Assembly (NCBI GenBank): GCA_964539925.1
Contig: CAZILB010000002.1
Span: 178-64,177 of the forward strand
Source: an uncultured Syntrophobacter sp.
GTDB taxonomy: Bacteria; Desulfobacterota; Binatia; UBA9968
Reading direction: 5' to 3'
Length of the DNA stretch: 64,000 nucleotides
Shown here: positions 30,201 to 38,618 of the stretch, piece by piece
Numbering within the stretch: the first letter of the stretch is position 1
How the letters are laid out: every line of letters starts with the position of its first letter
Program-made: the position numbers and the translations under genes
Notes under the pieces: generated by a model
Database searches by the model: none
Told to the model about the DNA's origin: nothing
What the model saw: the letters and a program-made list of their open reading frames with translations, nothing else

Positions 30201-30401
30201 CACAAGACCGGTGATCCAACCGATCTCCAGCTCCGCTTCACCAAGCTCCACTTTCAACGCGGTGTGCTTTTCGAGTTCATCGATCAGAAAGCGGCGAAAC
30301 TCCCCGACGCGAATCAGGTGGTAGAACGCCAGGCTTGCCACGATAAAAAGGAGAATCAGTGTGGCGGTCGCAAAACCAACGAGCTTGAAAACTCTTCTCA
30401 T
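27285..30401 (-). CDS. AsmA-family outer-membrane biogenesis protein (TamB/AsmA-like, N-terminal anchor)
   Basis: 1038 aa with a single N-terminal TM (FKLVGFATATLILLFIVASLAFY). Long beta-rich body, and a C-terminal region typical of AsmA_2/DUF3971 proteins. Confidence 0.75.
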   Translation of the reverse strand: MRRVFKLVGFATATLILLFIVASLAFYHLIRVGEFRRFLIDELEKHTALKVELGEAELEIGWITGLVFHRLAISEPGATVPVITAESVTARVALRPLLERRVIFYEVRLQKPVAQFASDQDGRIPLLDTLLNQPLLKEQGREFQLDLRSVRVQSGEIEYTDARPSMNRGTWRLRNANFNLERARGERLRVFMQDALRRGAPEFAAALEFSFRGVVEKDGDRMNVKADGRLLFPEEVLELREARWIADLELVEFPATLLKKHVGLGVPIQSISGHIAQRVHLDGQPNRQMRLRGDIEFKQVSVDAPELLRAPISRADARAMFEIDWSRQRLQMRRIDFRSGELKFLLQGDVRSLDSDNPDYDLQFIALSAPILALRQYLPVKIAQSLRLERAIDAVEAGHVEIKRAGVRARLSEVRRLAESGAGKQIWFDAEIRNVAVKLPVDDPLPLHGMEGRVSLKGGVLKFEDLKGNLGDSRFTDMYGSYDFAAPAGGKLELHAAADVNLAELREQLEKPWLPAQVTRLVSSIEEIGGRGKAELSITTARDSPPQFDGKVAVDNARLRYNQYVLSGIRGEFRVSPKEIKGDKIRALLRGSPVQAQLSLTRYASDDAAFDLIVESTGVRAGIVTSLLLDTGSLQDSGIVRGSVRYRGPLRNKAARRFTGGLDLVNVQLGVEPLLQPLRELNGRIQIDETGIDFQNLKALLAGFPASASGRWRYGAKPQLLFDFAAPNLDVTYLISQIDPEAGEFYANLHALGRISIAKGRLKNFEFSDLQTDATIDRRVWRLTNLSARSGGGIIRGLTTIVDKPDTLGVVADPRIQAVPIETFLHWFNMTNTEMTGKVFFGGKLETIGKNDAERTSNINGVFNLRIEDGTILRMRLLVQILNLLDLSRWFTLQLPDLTKDGIRFRSITGDFKVVQGVFATENLLVDSDDLRMTGAGKIDLSRDEINFVVAVRPFAGIDAAIHQIPILGRGIAAIKNSFLVASFNITGRIDEPTITPAPLGTLSEMFWSVLGIPKNILGIGEGEKKQAAKDPPGSPIK

Positions 30402-30766
30402 GACAAGCGCGATCGGCGTGGGCTGCCGGATGAAGTCGGCCTGAATCGGGATCCCTATGGAGAAATGAGGGCTTTTGAGTCATGCTAGAGGAAGTTCCTG
30501 GAACACGCAAGGGTTGGACGGAACCGAAAGTTTCACTGCAGCGCAACTTCGCCGCGGGTCCGTTGGCGCCGGACAAGCAAACATGGCATACAACAAAGCC
30601 TGGCCGGGAGCCTGGAAAGCCGCGAAATTACTGCGGACCGGCAAAACCAGCGGGCGAAATCGAAGACCATTTTCACGCCCCCGCAATCGAGCCATAAAGT
30701 CCAGCCGCGCGCGGCCTTGGCGCGGCTTGGTGATTTCTGGATATCGTCCTTCGGCGTATTCTCGCC

Positions 30767-30795
30767 TTGACAGGCGATAGTGAACTTGTTAGATA
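30767..30795 (+). promoter_or_regulatory. sigma-70-like promoter candidate for the HTH gene
   Basis: TTGACA (30767-30772), 17-nt spacer, TAGATA (30790-30795). About 50 bp upstream of the ORF. Confidence 0.3.
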
Positions 30796-30844
30796 AAACG
30801 AACTTTTGACTTACTCGAAACGGGGTTTTGTCCGGGGGGGTTGC

Positions 30845-31039
30845 ATGTTGGAACGAGAAGAGGAGTTACTCAACAGTAAGCAGGTCGCGGTGATTCTGGA
30901 CATGAGCCCGGACACCGTGAATGAGTTCGCCCGCAAGAACATTCTGCCCGCCTTCAAAAAGGGCAAGCAATGGCGCTTTCGAAAGCGCGATATTTCAGTA
31001 TTTTACAAAAAACAACCGAAGGATATTCGAGACGCGTAG
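30845..31039 (+). CDS. HTH_17 (excisionase/AlpA-type) DNA-binding protein
   Basis: About 64 aa. LLNSKQVAVILDMSPDTVNEFARKNILPAFKKGKQWRFRKRDI matches the winged-HTH excisionase-family fold. Start at MLEREEE; an upstream in-frame Met at 30806 is also possible. Confidence 0.55.
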   Translation: MLEREEELLNSKQVAVILDMSPDTVNEFARKNILPAFKKGKQWRFRKRDISVFYKKQPKDIRDA

Positions 31040-31065
31040 CTTGCGCGCCTGGTTTGGAGCGTGAA

Positions 31066-31713
31066 ATGGCGGACATCGAGGCGCACGAGAGCAAACTTTA
31101 CTCCGAGTTTGCACCTCTATACGATAAAGTTTTCGGAAAGATTTTCTACAATCGTTTAGAACGAGTCATAGAAGACTTGAATATCCCCCCGGGCGCCAAG
31201 GTTCTCGAAGTGGGCGCCGGGACCGGCACTTCTTTTCCCGCCTATCCGAACCACTGCGAAATTACCGGCATCGACCTTGCCCCGGATATGCTGGCGCGGG
31301 CCCGCAAAAAAATCGAGGAAAACAGCTGGAGTCATCTCCAAGTCATGGAGATGAACGCCCTGGCACTTGAATTCCCTGATAACACCTTCGACTACGTCAT
31401 GGCGTTCCATGTAGTTACGGTGGTTCCAGATCCGGTGCGCATGATCGTCGAAGCGCAACGCGTATGTAAACCCGGTGGAAAAATTGTCATCGTCAATCAC
31501 TTCACCAGCGACAGGCGGATTTTGGGTACCATAACCCAAGCCTTCGACCCCGTCACGCGCTGGCTCGGCTGGCGCACGGATCTCAAACTCAAGCCTTTTA
31601 TCAAGGCCGCCGACCTAACGGTCGAGAAGCGATACAAACTCAACAAAACTTCGCTCTACACGGTATTGCTCTGCGGCAAAGAGCAAAAAAACGGTTATCA
31701 CGCTGCGTCCTAG
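31066..31713 (+). CDS. class I SAM-dependent methyltransferase (UbiE/COQ5-like)
   Basis: Motif I VLEVGAGTG, motif post-I ITGIDLAPDML, motif II/III region VMAFHVV...KPGGKIVIV. Start at MADIEAHE with GGAG 8 bp upstream. Confidence 0.8.
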   Translation: MADIEAHESKLYSEFAPLYDKVFGKIFYNRLERVIEDLNIPPGAKVLEVGAGTGTSFPAYPNHCEITGIDLAPDMLARARKKIEENSWSHLQVMEMNALALEFPDNTFDYVMAFHVVTVVPDPVRMIVEAQRVCKPGGKIVIVNHFTSDRRILGTITQAFDPVTRWLGWRTDLKLKPFIKAADLTVEKRYKLNKTSLYTVLLCGKEQKNGYHAAS

Positions 31714-31867
31714 CCGTAACTCTTTTGTTCGGTGGTGGTTCGTGCACCGGGTGAAACGATTCTCGCGCTGAGCCAAAATTTCAGATGGATATCCCGCCCG
31801 ATACGCGCCAGCGCGTCAAAAGCACTAGGGCGCGAGGTCGGCTTGACCCGAGGCAGACGAAGAGGCT

Positions 31868-32074
31868 TCAGGACCGAGGCAAGTCTTTTGAGGGGTCCTT
31901 TTTTGCTTCCCTGTTGTTGTCGTCGTCGTCATCGGCTCCGCCAGTTACACCCTTCTTAAAATCTCGGATCGCTTTGCCGAGTCCGCTGCCGATTTGCGGC
32001 AGCTTGCTCGGGCCAAAAATCACCAAGGCGATCACTAAGATCACCAGCAGTTCCGGAACTCCGAGACCAAACAT
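31868..32074 (-). CDS. tatA: twin-arginine translocase subunit TatA/E
   Basis: MFGLGVPELLVILVIALVIFGPSKLPQIGSGLGKAIRDFKKG is canonical TatA (TM, FG hinge, amphipathic helix). 68 aa. Confidence 0.85.
   Translation of the reverse strand: MFGLGVPELLVILVIALVIFGPSKLPQIGSGLGKAIRDFKKGVTGGADDDDDNNREAKKDPSKDLPRS
31870..31905 (+). terminator. rho-independent terminator candidate for the methyltransferase gene (overlaps the tatA 3' end)
   Basis: AGGACC...GGTCCT inverted repeat (6-bp stem, large loop) followed by TTTTTT at 31899-31905. Confidence 0.35.
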
Positions 32075-32082
32075 GTTTCCTC

Positions 32083-33516
32083 CTAGCCTTTGCGCCGCAC
32101 AGCAAAGAATACCGCGTTCTCGCCGCGCTGCACAAGCAGCAATACGCGGTCGCCACGCCGTCCCTGGCGCGTGGCGCGCTCGAATTCCTTAATGTTGTTG
32201 ACTGGCCGCTGATTGACTTCGCGGATCACATCCGCCGGCTCGATTCCTACCAAATCCGCCGGACTGCCGGGTTGGACTTCGACAACCAAGACCCCCTTCA
32301 CCGAAGTGAGCCCGAGGCGGCGCGCCGCCTCGGGAGTGATACGTTGGACCCTGAGCCCGAGTTCCGGTTCGCGCGTTTCAGTCTGCAGGCTGCCGTCATT
32401 ATCGTCGGGCAGCTCGCCGATTTTAACCGCGACGATTTGCTCTTTTTTATCCCGCTGGAGCTTTAGCGTGACTTTCTGGCCCGGCGGCGTGTCGGCGATC
32501 ACAACGGGGAATTCGTGGCTTTTGGGCACCGATTTGCCGTTAAACTCGATGATGATATCCCCTACCTTAACACCGGCTTCGGCGGCCGGGCTTTTCTCGG
32601 CAACCTCCGTCACCAAGGCGACTTCCGGGGGATACCTCGCGAGACCCAACGACGCCGCCATCGGCGGCGCAACGTCCTGCACCCGCACGCCCAACCAACC
32701 GCGCACCACACGGCCATGCTTGCGCAGATGGTCAACGACCTTCTTTGCCAGATCGATAGGGATCGCAAAGCCGATACCGACGTTACCACCGGATTGACTG
32801 AAGATCGCCGTGTTCACGCCTACGACCTCGCCGTCGGCGTTAATCAAGGGGCCGCCGCTGTTGCCGGGATTGATCGAGGCATCGGTTTGAATGAAATTTT
32901 CATACGGCCCTGCGCCAATCACGCGTCCCTTGGCGCTCACGATGCCCGCCGTAACCGTACGCTCGAGGCCGAAGGGATTGCCGATCGCCATGACCCAATC
33001 GCCGACGTCCAGTTGGGCTGAACTTCCAAGCTTCGCAAACGGCAATTGACCGCCCGATTTCCGTATTTTGATCAAGGCAAGATCGGTGCGATCATCCTTG
33101 CCGATGAGCCGCGCCTCATACTCGCTCTGATCTGCCAATTTCACTTTGATCAAGTCGGCGCTGCGCACTACGTGATAATTCGTCAAGATTTCCCCGTCCG
33201 GGCTGATCAGAATGCCCGACCCCAGGCTGCGTTGAGTGCTTTCTCGTGGTGACGCTTCGCCGAAAAAGCGACTGAAGAAATCCTCGATAGGGTCGTTTGA
33301 ACCCGACCTCGCCGCGCGCTGCGAGGAGGTCGAGATGTTGACCACCACCGGCATCGTTTTCTTGGCCACAGCGGCAAAGGACGGCGGCCGCCCCGCGTCC
33401 AGCGCGCTAAGGCTCGCGGACTCCACACGCAAAGCCATCGGCATCGAGAGTGCGAGAATAATCGCTCCATTGCGGATGAAAGCTTTTGAGGTTGTCCACC
33501 TGCCGTTGTGTTTCAT
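32083..33516 (-). CDS. htrA: Do-family serine endopeptidase (DegP/HtrA) with two PDZ domains
   Basis: Catalytic triad context (TNYHVV, D.ALIK, GNSGGPL) and two PDZ segments. Start at MKHNGRWTT with signal peptide. The ORF opens further upstream at 33606. Confidence 0.9.
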   Translation of the reverse strand: MKHNGRWTTSKAFIRNGAIILALSMPMALRVESASLSALDAGRPPSFAAVAKKTMPVVVNISTSSQRAARSGSNDPIEDFFSRFFGEASPRESTQRSLGSGILISPDGEILTNYHVVRSADLIKVKLADQSEYEARLIGKDDRTDLALIKIRKSGGQLPFAKLGSSAQLDVGDWVMAIGNPFGLERTVTAGIVSAKGRVIGAGPYENFIQTDASINPGNSGGPLINADGEVVGVNTAIFSQSGGNVGIGFAIPIDLAKKVVDHLRKHGRVVRGWLGVRVQDVAPPMAASLGLARYPPEVALVTEVAEKSPAAEAGVKVGDIIIEFNGKSVPKSHEFPVVIADTPPGQKVTLKLQRDKKEQIVAVKIGELPDDNDGSLQTETREPELGLRVQRITPEAARRLGLTSVKGVLVVEVQPGSPADLVGIEPADVIREVNQRPVNNIKEFERATRQGRRGDRVLLLVQRGENAVFFAVRRKG

Positions 33517-33668
33517 GAGTAATGATCTTCGCTCCGGCCACACCCGGCTCGACGGCAGCATAGCAAATTTGCCCTCCGTAATTAAACCCTGCGATTTTTT
33601 GGCCACTTTGGTTGCAAATGGACCGATACGCCGCTAAGAGATAACGAGTTTTTGCCAAAATATGAGCC

Positions 33669-35021
33669 ATGAAGCCGACTCCCATCGATTACGATACGGT
33701 TCGCGAGATGCTCCGTACGGCGACGCCGGACCGCGTGCTCCGATTTATCGGCAAGAGCCATCCCGCCGACATCGCCCTATTGTTCAAAGGGCTGGAATCG
33801 GCGGAAATCCGCCAGTTGTTCGATATTTTGTTCTCTTCGCGGCGCGCTGAAAAAACCCTGAAAGAGCTGCCGCCGGATCTGCTGCCGGATATTCTGACGC
33901 TGATCGATGATGAAAAAATCGGTCGGTTGATCGTCCGCGCCGACCCCGACGACGGCGTCTTATTCATCGACAGTCTCCCCGAAGAGCGCCGCGAACGCAT
34001 CCTCGCCCTGCTCGATCCCGAACGCCAGGCCGCCGTGCGCGAAATCATCAACTACCCCGAAGGCACGGTGGGGCGCATAATGACCACCGAACTCATGGCC
34101 CTGTCACCCGATACCACGGCCCAAGGCGCCATCGACAAAATCCGCGAGCGGGGCCAACTCGAGAGTTTTTTTTACCTCTACGTCGTTGACGGTGAAGGCA
34201 AATTGATCGGAGTGGTACCCATCCGCAACCTCGTCATCGCCCCGCCCCATCGGACGCTTCAGGAAATGATGATCGCGGACCCGATCAAGGGCAATGTCTT
34301 TATGGACCAGGAAGAAGCGGCTCGCGTGGTGGCGAAATATGAATTGCTGGCGCTGCCGATCGTCGACGAAGCCGGCCACCTGGAGGGCATCATCACCGTC
34401 GATGACGTCATCGACATCATCAACGAGGAAAGCACCGAGGACATGTACAAGATGGTCGGTTTGGCCGAGGAGGACCGCGTCTTCACGCCGGTCTCGCGCT
34501 CGGTGCGTATGCGCCTGCCCTGGACGGTGTTGAATCTGATCACCGCCACACTGGCCGCCTCGGTGGTCGGCTTTTTCGAAGGCACCTTGCAAGAAATTAT
34601 CGCCCTGGTCACGTTCATGCCGGTGGTCGCGGGCGTCGGCGGCAACGGCGCGACGCAAACCGCTACCGTCATTATCCGCGCCATCGCTCTGGGGGAGCTT
34701 GAATTTGCTTCGGCCTGGAAAGCGGTGGTCAAACAGGTACTGGTCAATATCTCGATCGCGCTGGCCGCCGGTGCGCTGATCGGGGTCGCGGCGATCATTT
34801 GGAAGGGTAATCCCTTTCTCGGCCTGGTGCTGGCCAGCGCAATGATCTGCAATCTCGGTTTGATGGCCGGCTTCGCCGGCGCGGTGATTCCGTTGATGCT
34901 CAAATCGTTGAAGTTCGACCCGGCGCTCGGCTCCGGCATCATCGTCACGGGGCTTACCGACGCCTTCGGGTTTTTCTCTTTTCTCGGCCTGGCGACGATC
35001 TTTCGCAGCTATTTGATTTAG
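33669..35021 (+). CDS. mgtE: magnesium transporter MgtE
   Basis: N-terminal MgtE_N, tandem CBS pair, C-terminal 5-TM MgtE channel domain (GNGATQTATVIIRAIALGE). 450 aa. Confidence 0.9.
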   Translation: MKPTPIDYDTVREMLRTATPDRVLRFIGKSHPADIALLFKGLESAEIRQLFDILFSSRRAEKTLKELPPDLLPDILTLIDDEKIGRLIVRADPDDGVLFIDSLPEERRERILALLDPERQAAVREIINYPEGTVGRIMTTELMALSPDTTAQGAIDKIRERGQLESFFYLYVVDGEGKLIGVVPIRNLVIAPPHRTLQEMMIADPIKGNVFMDQEEAARVVAKYELLALPIVDEAGHLEGIITVDDVIDIINEESTEDMYKMVGLAEEDRVFTPVSRSVRMRLPWTVLNLITATLAASVVGFFEGTLQEIIALVTFMPVVAGVGGNGATQTATVIIRAIALGELEFASAWKAVVKQVLVNISIALAAGALIGVAAIIWKGNPFLGLVLASAMICNLGLMAGFAGAVIPLMLKSLKFDPALGSGIIVTGLTDAFGFFSFLGLATIFRSYLI

Positions 35022-35033
35022 CCTGAACGATGT

Positions 35034-35993
35034 TCAGGTTGCTGGGACGGGCTTGGGGCTTTTCTGCAGCAGAAATACGATGCCTCCGACCAAACTATTC
35101 ACGGCAACGATCAGAAACAACAAGAGTCCGAAGGCGATACCCGTTTCCTTGCCGATACCGATCACGGAAAGCAAGTAAAGATAGCCTCCCTCGCGCAACC
35201 CCAGTCCGCTCACACTGATCGGAATCGCGGCAAAAGTGCCGACCAACGGATAGACGATAAGGCAGAAAGAAAACGGCAATTCGATACCGAGCGCGCGGCC
35301 CAAAACCACATGCATGCCGGCTTGAACCAAGTGGACCAGCAGCGACAGCAGTACTCCCTCGACCAGAGCACGGGGTTGCAATCGATAGCTTCTGAACGCC
35401 AGACGCAATTTGACGGCGAGCGGATGGCCGTCCTCCGGTAGAACGCGCCTGAGGAGCGGCGTCGATAAAACCCCAACCGCGAGCGCCAACGCAAACAGCA
35501 AGGTCACCTTGCGAACGGCCGGCGGCACGGCGTATTCGGAAAAGAGCAGAATCCCCGCGGCACCGAGCCAGACCAGCACCACCATGCCGATGGCCCGGTC
35601 CATCAACACCGACATGGCCGCATGGACGGTCGCCACCGCGCGTCCGTTGGCCTGCGCCTCCTCGTCCCGCACCAGATAGTAAACCCGGCTGACATCCCCG
35701 CCTACGGTGCTGGGCGCAAACAGATTGAAAAACATGCCGATCCAATAGTAACGCGCCATGGCGGCAAACGGCGTGCGAATACCCAGCGGCCGGGCGAGAA
35801 CCGTCCAGCGCACCGCGCTGATTCCTTGCGAAACAAAATAGATCGCAAGGACGAGCGCAATGTATGAAAAATCCGCCGATTTGAAAGTACGGATGAAACT
35901 TTCGAAATCAACACGGGACAAGAAATAGGTGAGCAACCCTGCGCTGACAAGCAGCTTGAGAAAGAAAACGACGACGGGCTTGGCCGGTTTCAT
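35034..35993 (-). CDS. UPF0104/flippase-like (lysylphosphatidylglycerol-synthase TM region) family membrane protein
   Basis: 319 aa, 8 predicted TMs, family-typical N-terminus KLLVSAGLLTYFLSRVDF and Gly/Arg-rich loops. Confidence 0.65.
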   Translation of the reverse strand: MKPAKPVVVFFLKLLVSAGLLTYFLSRVDFESFIRTFKSADFSYIALVLAIYFVSQGISAVRWTVLARPLGIRTPFAAMARYYWIGMFFNLFAPSTVGGDVSRVYYLVRDEEAQANGRAVATVHAAMSVLMDRAIGMVVLVWLGAAGILLFSEYAVPPAVRKVTLLFALALAVGVLSTPLLRRVLPEDGHPLAVKLRLAFRSYRLQPRALVEGVLLSLLVHLVQAGMHVVLGRALGIELPFSFCLIVYPLVGTFAAIPISVSGLGLREGGYLYLLSVIGIGKETGIAFGLLLFLIVAVNSLVGGIVFLLQKSPKPVPAT

Positions 35994-36652
35994 TCTTCGA
36001 TGGGCGGTTGGACGAGCGCTTGAGTTTCGTCTTTCGCCACGTCGTCCACCAAAACCTTACGGCCGGCAACCGTGAGCCTGCCCTCGGCGTAGAGCTGGAT
36101 CGCCCGTGGATAGATGCGGTGCTCTTGCTTGAGAATTCTCACTATGAGGCTGGCTTCGGTGTCGTCGGAAAAGACCGGCACCACCGCTTGGATGATGATC
36201 GGCCCTTCGTCGCATTCCTCGTTGACAAAATGCACCGTACAGCCGGCGAAGCGTACGCCATGCTCCACGGCTTTCTTCTGCACGTGCAAACCGGGGAAGG
36301 AAGGCAAGAGCGCCGGGTGGATGTTCATGATTCGGTTCGAATAAGCCTTGATGAAAACCGGCGACAGCAGACGCATGAAGCCCGCGAGCACGACCAACTC
36401 CACGCCGCGGCTGCGGAGCCGATCCACCACGGCTTGATCGTAAGCTTCCCGGCTCGAAAAGGCCTTGTGGTCCAATACTTCGACGGCAATTCCATGCTTC
36501 CTGGCGCGTACCAGACCGTGGGCATCCCCTTTGTTGCTCAGCACGACCTCAATTTTGGCGTCCAGTTTTCCTGCTTCGATGGCATCGATGATCGCTTGCA
36601 GATTCGTGCCGCTGCCCGAAATCAGAACGCCGATCGGAACTTGTCTTGCCAT
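35990..36652 (-). CDS. purN: phosphoribosylglycinamide formyltransferase
   Basis: ISGSGTNLQAII, NIHPALLP, HFVNEECDEGPII. 220 aa. 4-bp overlap with the downstream gene. Confidence 0.9.
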   Translation of the reverse strand: MARQVPIGVLISGSGTNLQAIIDAIEAGKLDAKIEVVLSNKGDAHGLVRARKHGIAVEVLDHKAFSSREAYDQAVVDRLRSRGVELVVLAGFMRLLSPVFIKAYSNRIMNIHPALLPSFPGLHVQKKAVEHGVRFAGCTVHFVNEECDEGPIIIQAVVPVFSDDTEASLIVRILKQEHRIYPRAIQLYAEGRLTVAGRKVLVDDVAKDETQALVQPPIEE

Positions 36653-36661
36653 GGTCTGGTT

Positions 36662-37705
36662 CTAAGCGCGCAGGCTTGCGCCGCGCAAACCGCCGCGAAT
36701 TTCGCCGATGACGAAGGACTCCTCGCCGATCTGCCGAAGCGACCGCTGCATGCCTTCGGCAGCATTCTTACCGACCACGAGGATCAATCCCAAGCCGTTA
36801 TTGAAAGTGCGGTCCATCTCGGCTTGCTCGACCCGGCCCAGCCGCTGAATCAGTCTGAATATCACCGGCACCGGCCAACTGCCGCGCTCGATGACGGCGC
36901 GCCTCCCTTTGGGTAACACGCGGGGCAAATTGCCCGCGATACCGCCGCCGGTAATATGCGCCGCCCCCTTGATCGGGAAGCGGGTGAAAAGCCGGCGGGC
37001 GATTTTGGCATAGATGCGCGTCGGCTCCAGGAGTTCCTCGCCCAGGGTGCGGCCTAGATCAGGAACCCTTTGGCGAAGTTTGAATCGCGCTTTTTCGAGC
37101 AACACTTTGCGAGCCAGGGAGTAGCCGTTGCTATGCAGCCCGCTCGATGGGATGCCGATCAACACATCGCCGACAGCGACCGCCGCGGGATCGATAATCT
37201 TGCGCTTTTCCAAAACACCCACGACAAAGCCGGCGAGGTCGTACTCGCCCGGGGGAAAATCGCCCGGATGCTCGGCGGTCTCGCCGCCGATGAGCGCACA
37301 GCCCGCCGCACGGCACCCGGCAGCGACGCCGCGCACTACCGCTTCGGCGATGTTCACGTCGAGCTTGCCGCAGACAAAGTAATCCAGAAAAAACAGCGGC
37401 TCCGCGCCCTGGGTCAGGATATCGTTCACACCCATAGCCACCAGATCGATGCCCACGGTGTCGTGGACTCCGGTCAGGAAAGCGATTCTAAGTTTGGTGC
37501 CGACCCCGTCGGTCGACGAGACCAAAATCGGATGGCGATAACCGCGCGCTTTGAGATCGAAAAGCGCGCTGAAGCCGCCCACGCCGGCGACCACGCCCGG
37601 GATGCGAGTTTTGCGCGCGATGGGACCAATCCTGCGCACCAGTTCGTCTCCGGCTTCGATGCTCACTCCGGCTTTCGCGTACGTCAGTTTTTCAGGGGCG
37701 ACCAT
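36662..37705 (-). CDS. purM: phosphoribosylformylglycinamidine cyclo-ligase
   Basis: AIRS_N/AIRS_C motifs ([31 protein letters not shown]). 347 aa. Confidence 0.95.
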   Translation of the reverse strand: [347 protein letters not shown]

Positions 37706-37798
37706 GGATGATAGTTAGTCGGGATAGGTTCGACCGGCGGCTCGTCGGGCGTCACACTAGTATCTCTGCGCGCATCATAGCGCAGCGCGCAAGGAAAT

Positions 37799-38593
37799 TC
37801 ACGTGGTCGAGCCGGCCGCGGCATCCGGCGCGCCGCTCGCCGCGGCCAGAAGCGCGCGAATTTTCAGAGTGTAATTCCCGAACCGGGCATCGCTCATCAT
37901 TTCCATGGTCCGCGGGCGCGGCAATTCGATCTCGATTTTTTCCAACAACCGGCCGGGGCGGGCCGACATAACAAACACCTTATCGGAAAGAAAAACCGCT
38001 TCCTGAATGCTATGGGTCACGAACAGAACGGTCTTTTTTCTTTCTTCCCAGATGCGCAGCAGCTCGAGATCCAGCTCGTCGCGCGTCATCGCGTCCAAGG
38101 CGCCGAAAGGCTCGTCCATGAGCAAAAGCTGCGGGTCCGTCACCAGGGCGCGGCAAAGCGACGCGCGCTGCTGCATGCCGCCGGAGAGCTGGTGCGGAAA
38201 CATGTCTTCGAAGCCCGCCAAGCCGACCAGTTTGATCAGCGCCCGAGCTGTTTCCTGGTACCTCGCGGGATCGAGCCTGGCGAACTCGACCGGCAGGAGA
38301 ATGTTGCCCAGCACCGAGCGCCATTTGAGCAATACCGGCGCTTGAAACACCATGCCAACGTTTTCCAGCGGCTGATCGATCCGCTTGCCGTTGACGACGA
38401 TGTTTCCGGAGGATGCCGGCAACAGGCCTGAAATAATTTTAAGCAGCGTGCTTTTGCCGCAGCCGCTCGGTCCGACGATGGAGACGAAGTTGCCGGAGTC
38501 AACCTCGAAGGAGATGCGATCGAGTGCGGTGACGGTCCGGGCACCGTTCGCAAAAACCCGGGTGACTTCTTCGACGGCGATCAGCGGCAGCAC
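37799..38593 (-). CDS. ABC transporter ATP-binding protein (NitT/TauT family)
   Basis: GPSGCGKST, LSGGMQQR, LLMDEPFGALD, H-loop THSI. 264 aa. Confidence 0.85.
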   Translation of the reverse strand: MLPLIAVEEVTRVFANGARTVTALDRISFEVDSGNFVSIVGPSGCGKSTLLKIISGLLPASSGNIVVNGKRIDQPLENVGMVFQAPVLLKWRSVLGNILLPVEFARLDPARYQETARALIKLVGLAGFEDMFPHQLSGGMQQRASLCRALVTDPQLLLMDEPFGALDAMTRDELDLELLRIWEERKKTVLFVTHSIQEAVFLSDKVFVMSARPGRLLEKIEIELPRPRTMEMMSDARFGNYTLKIRALLAAASGAPDAAAGSTT

Positions 38594-38618
38594 GAGGCAA
38601 CCTGAGCGGCCGTATTCC

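Noticed and set aside
33607-33668. Possible Mg2+ (M-box) riboswitch in front of mgtE
   Set aside because: The leader is only about 60 nt, far too short for the about 160-nt M-box, and shows none of its conserved helices.
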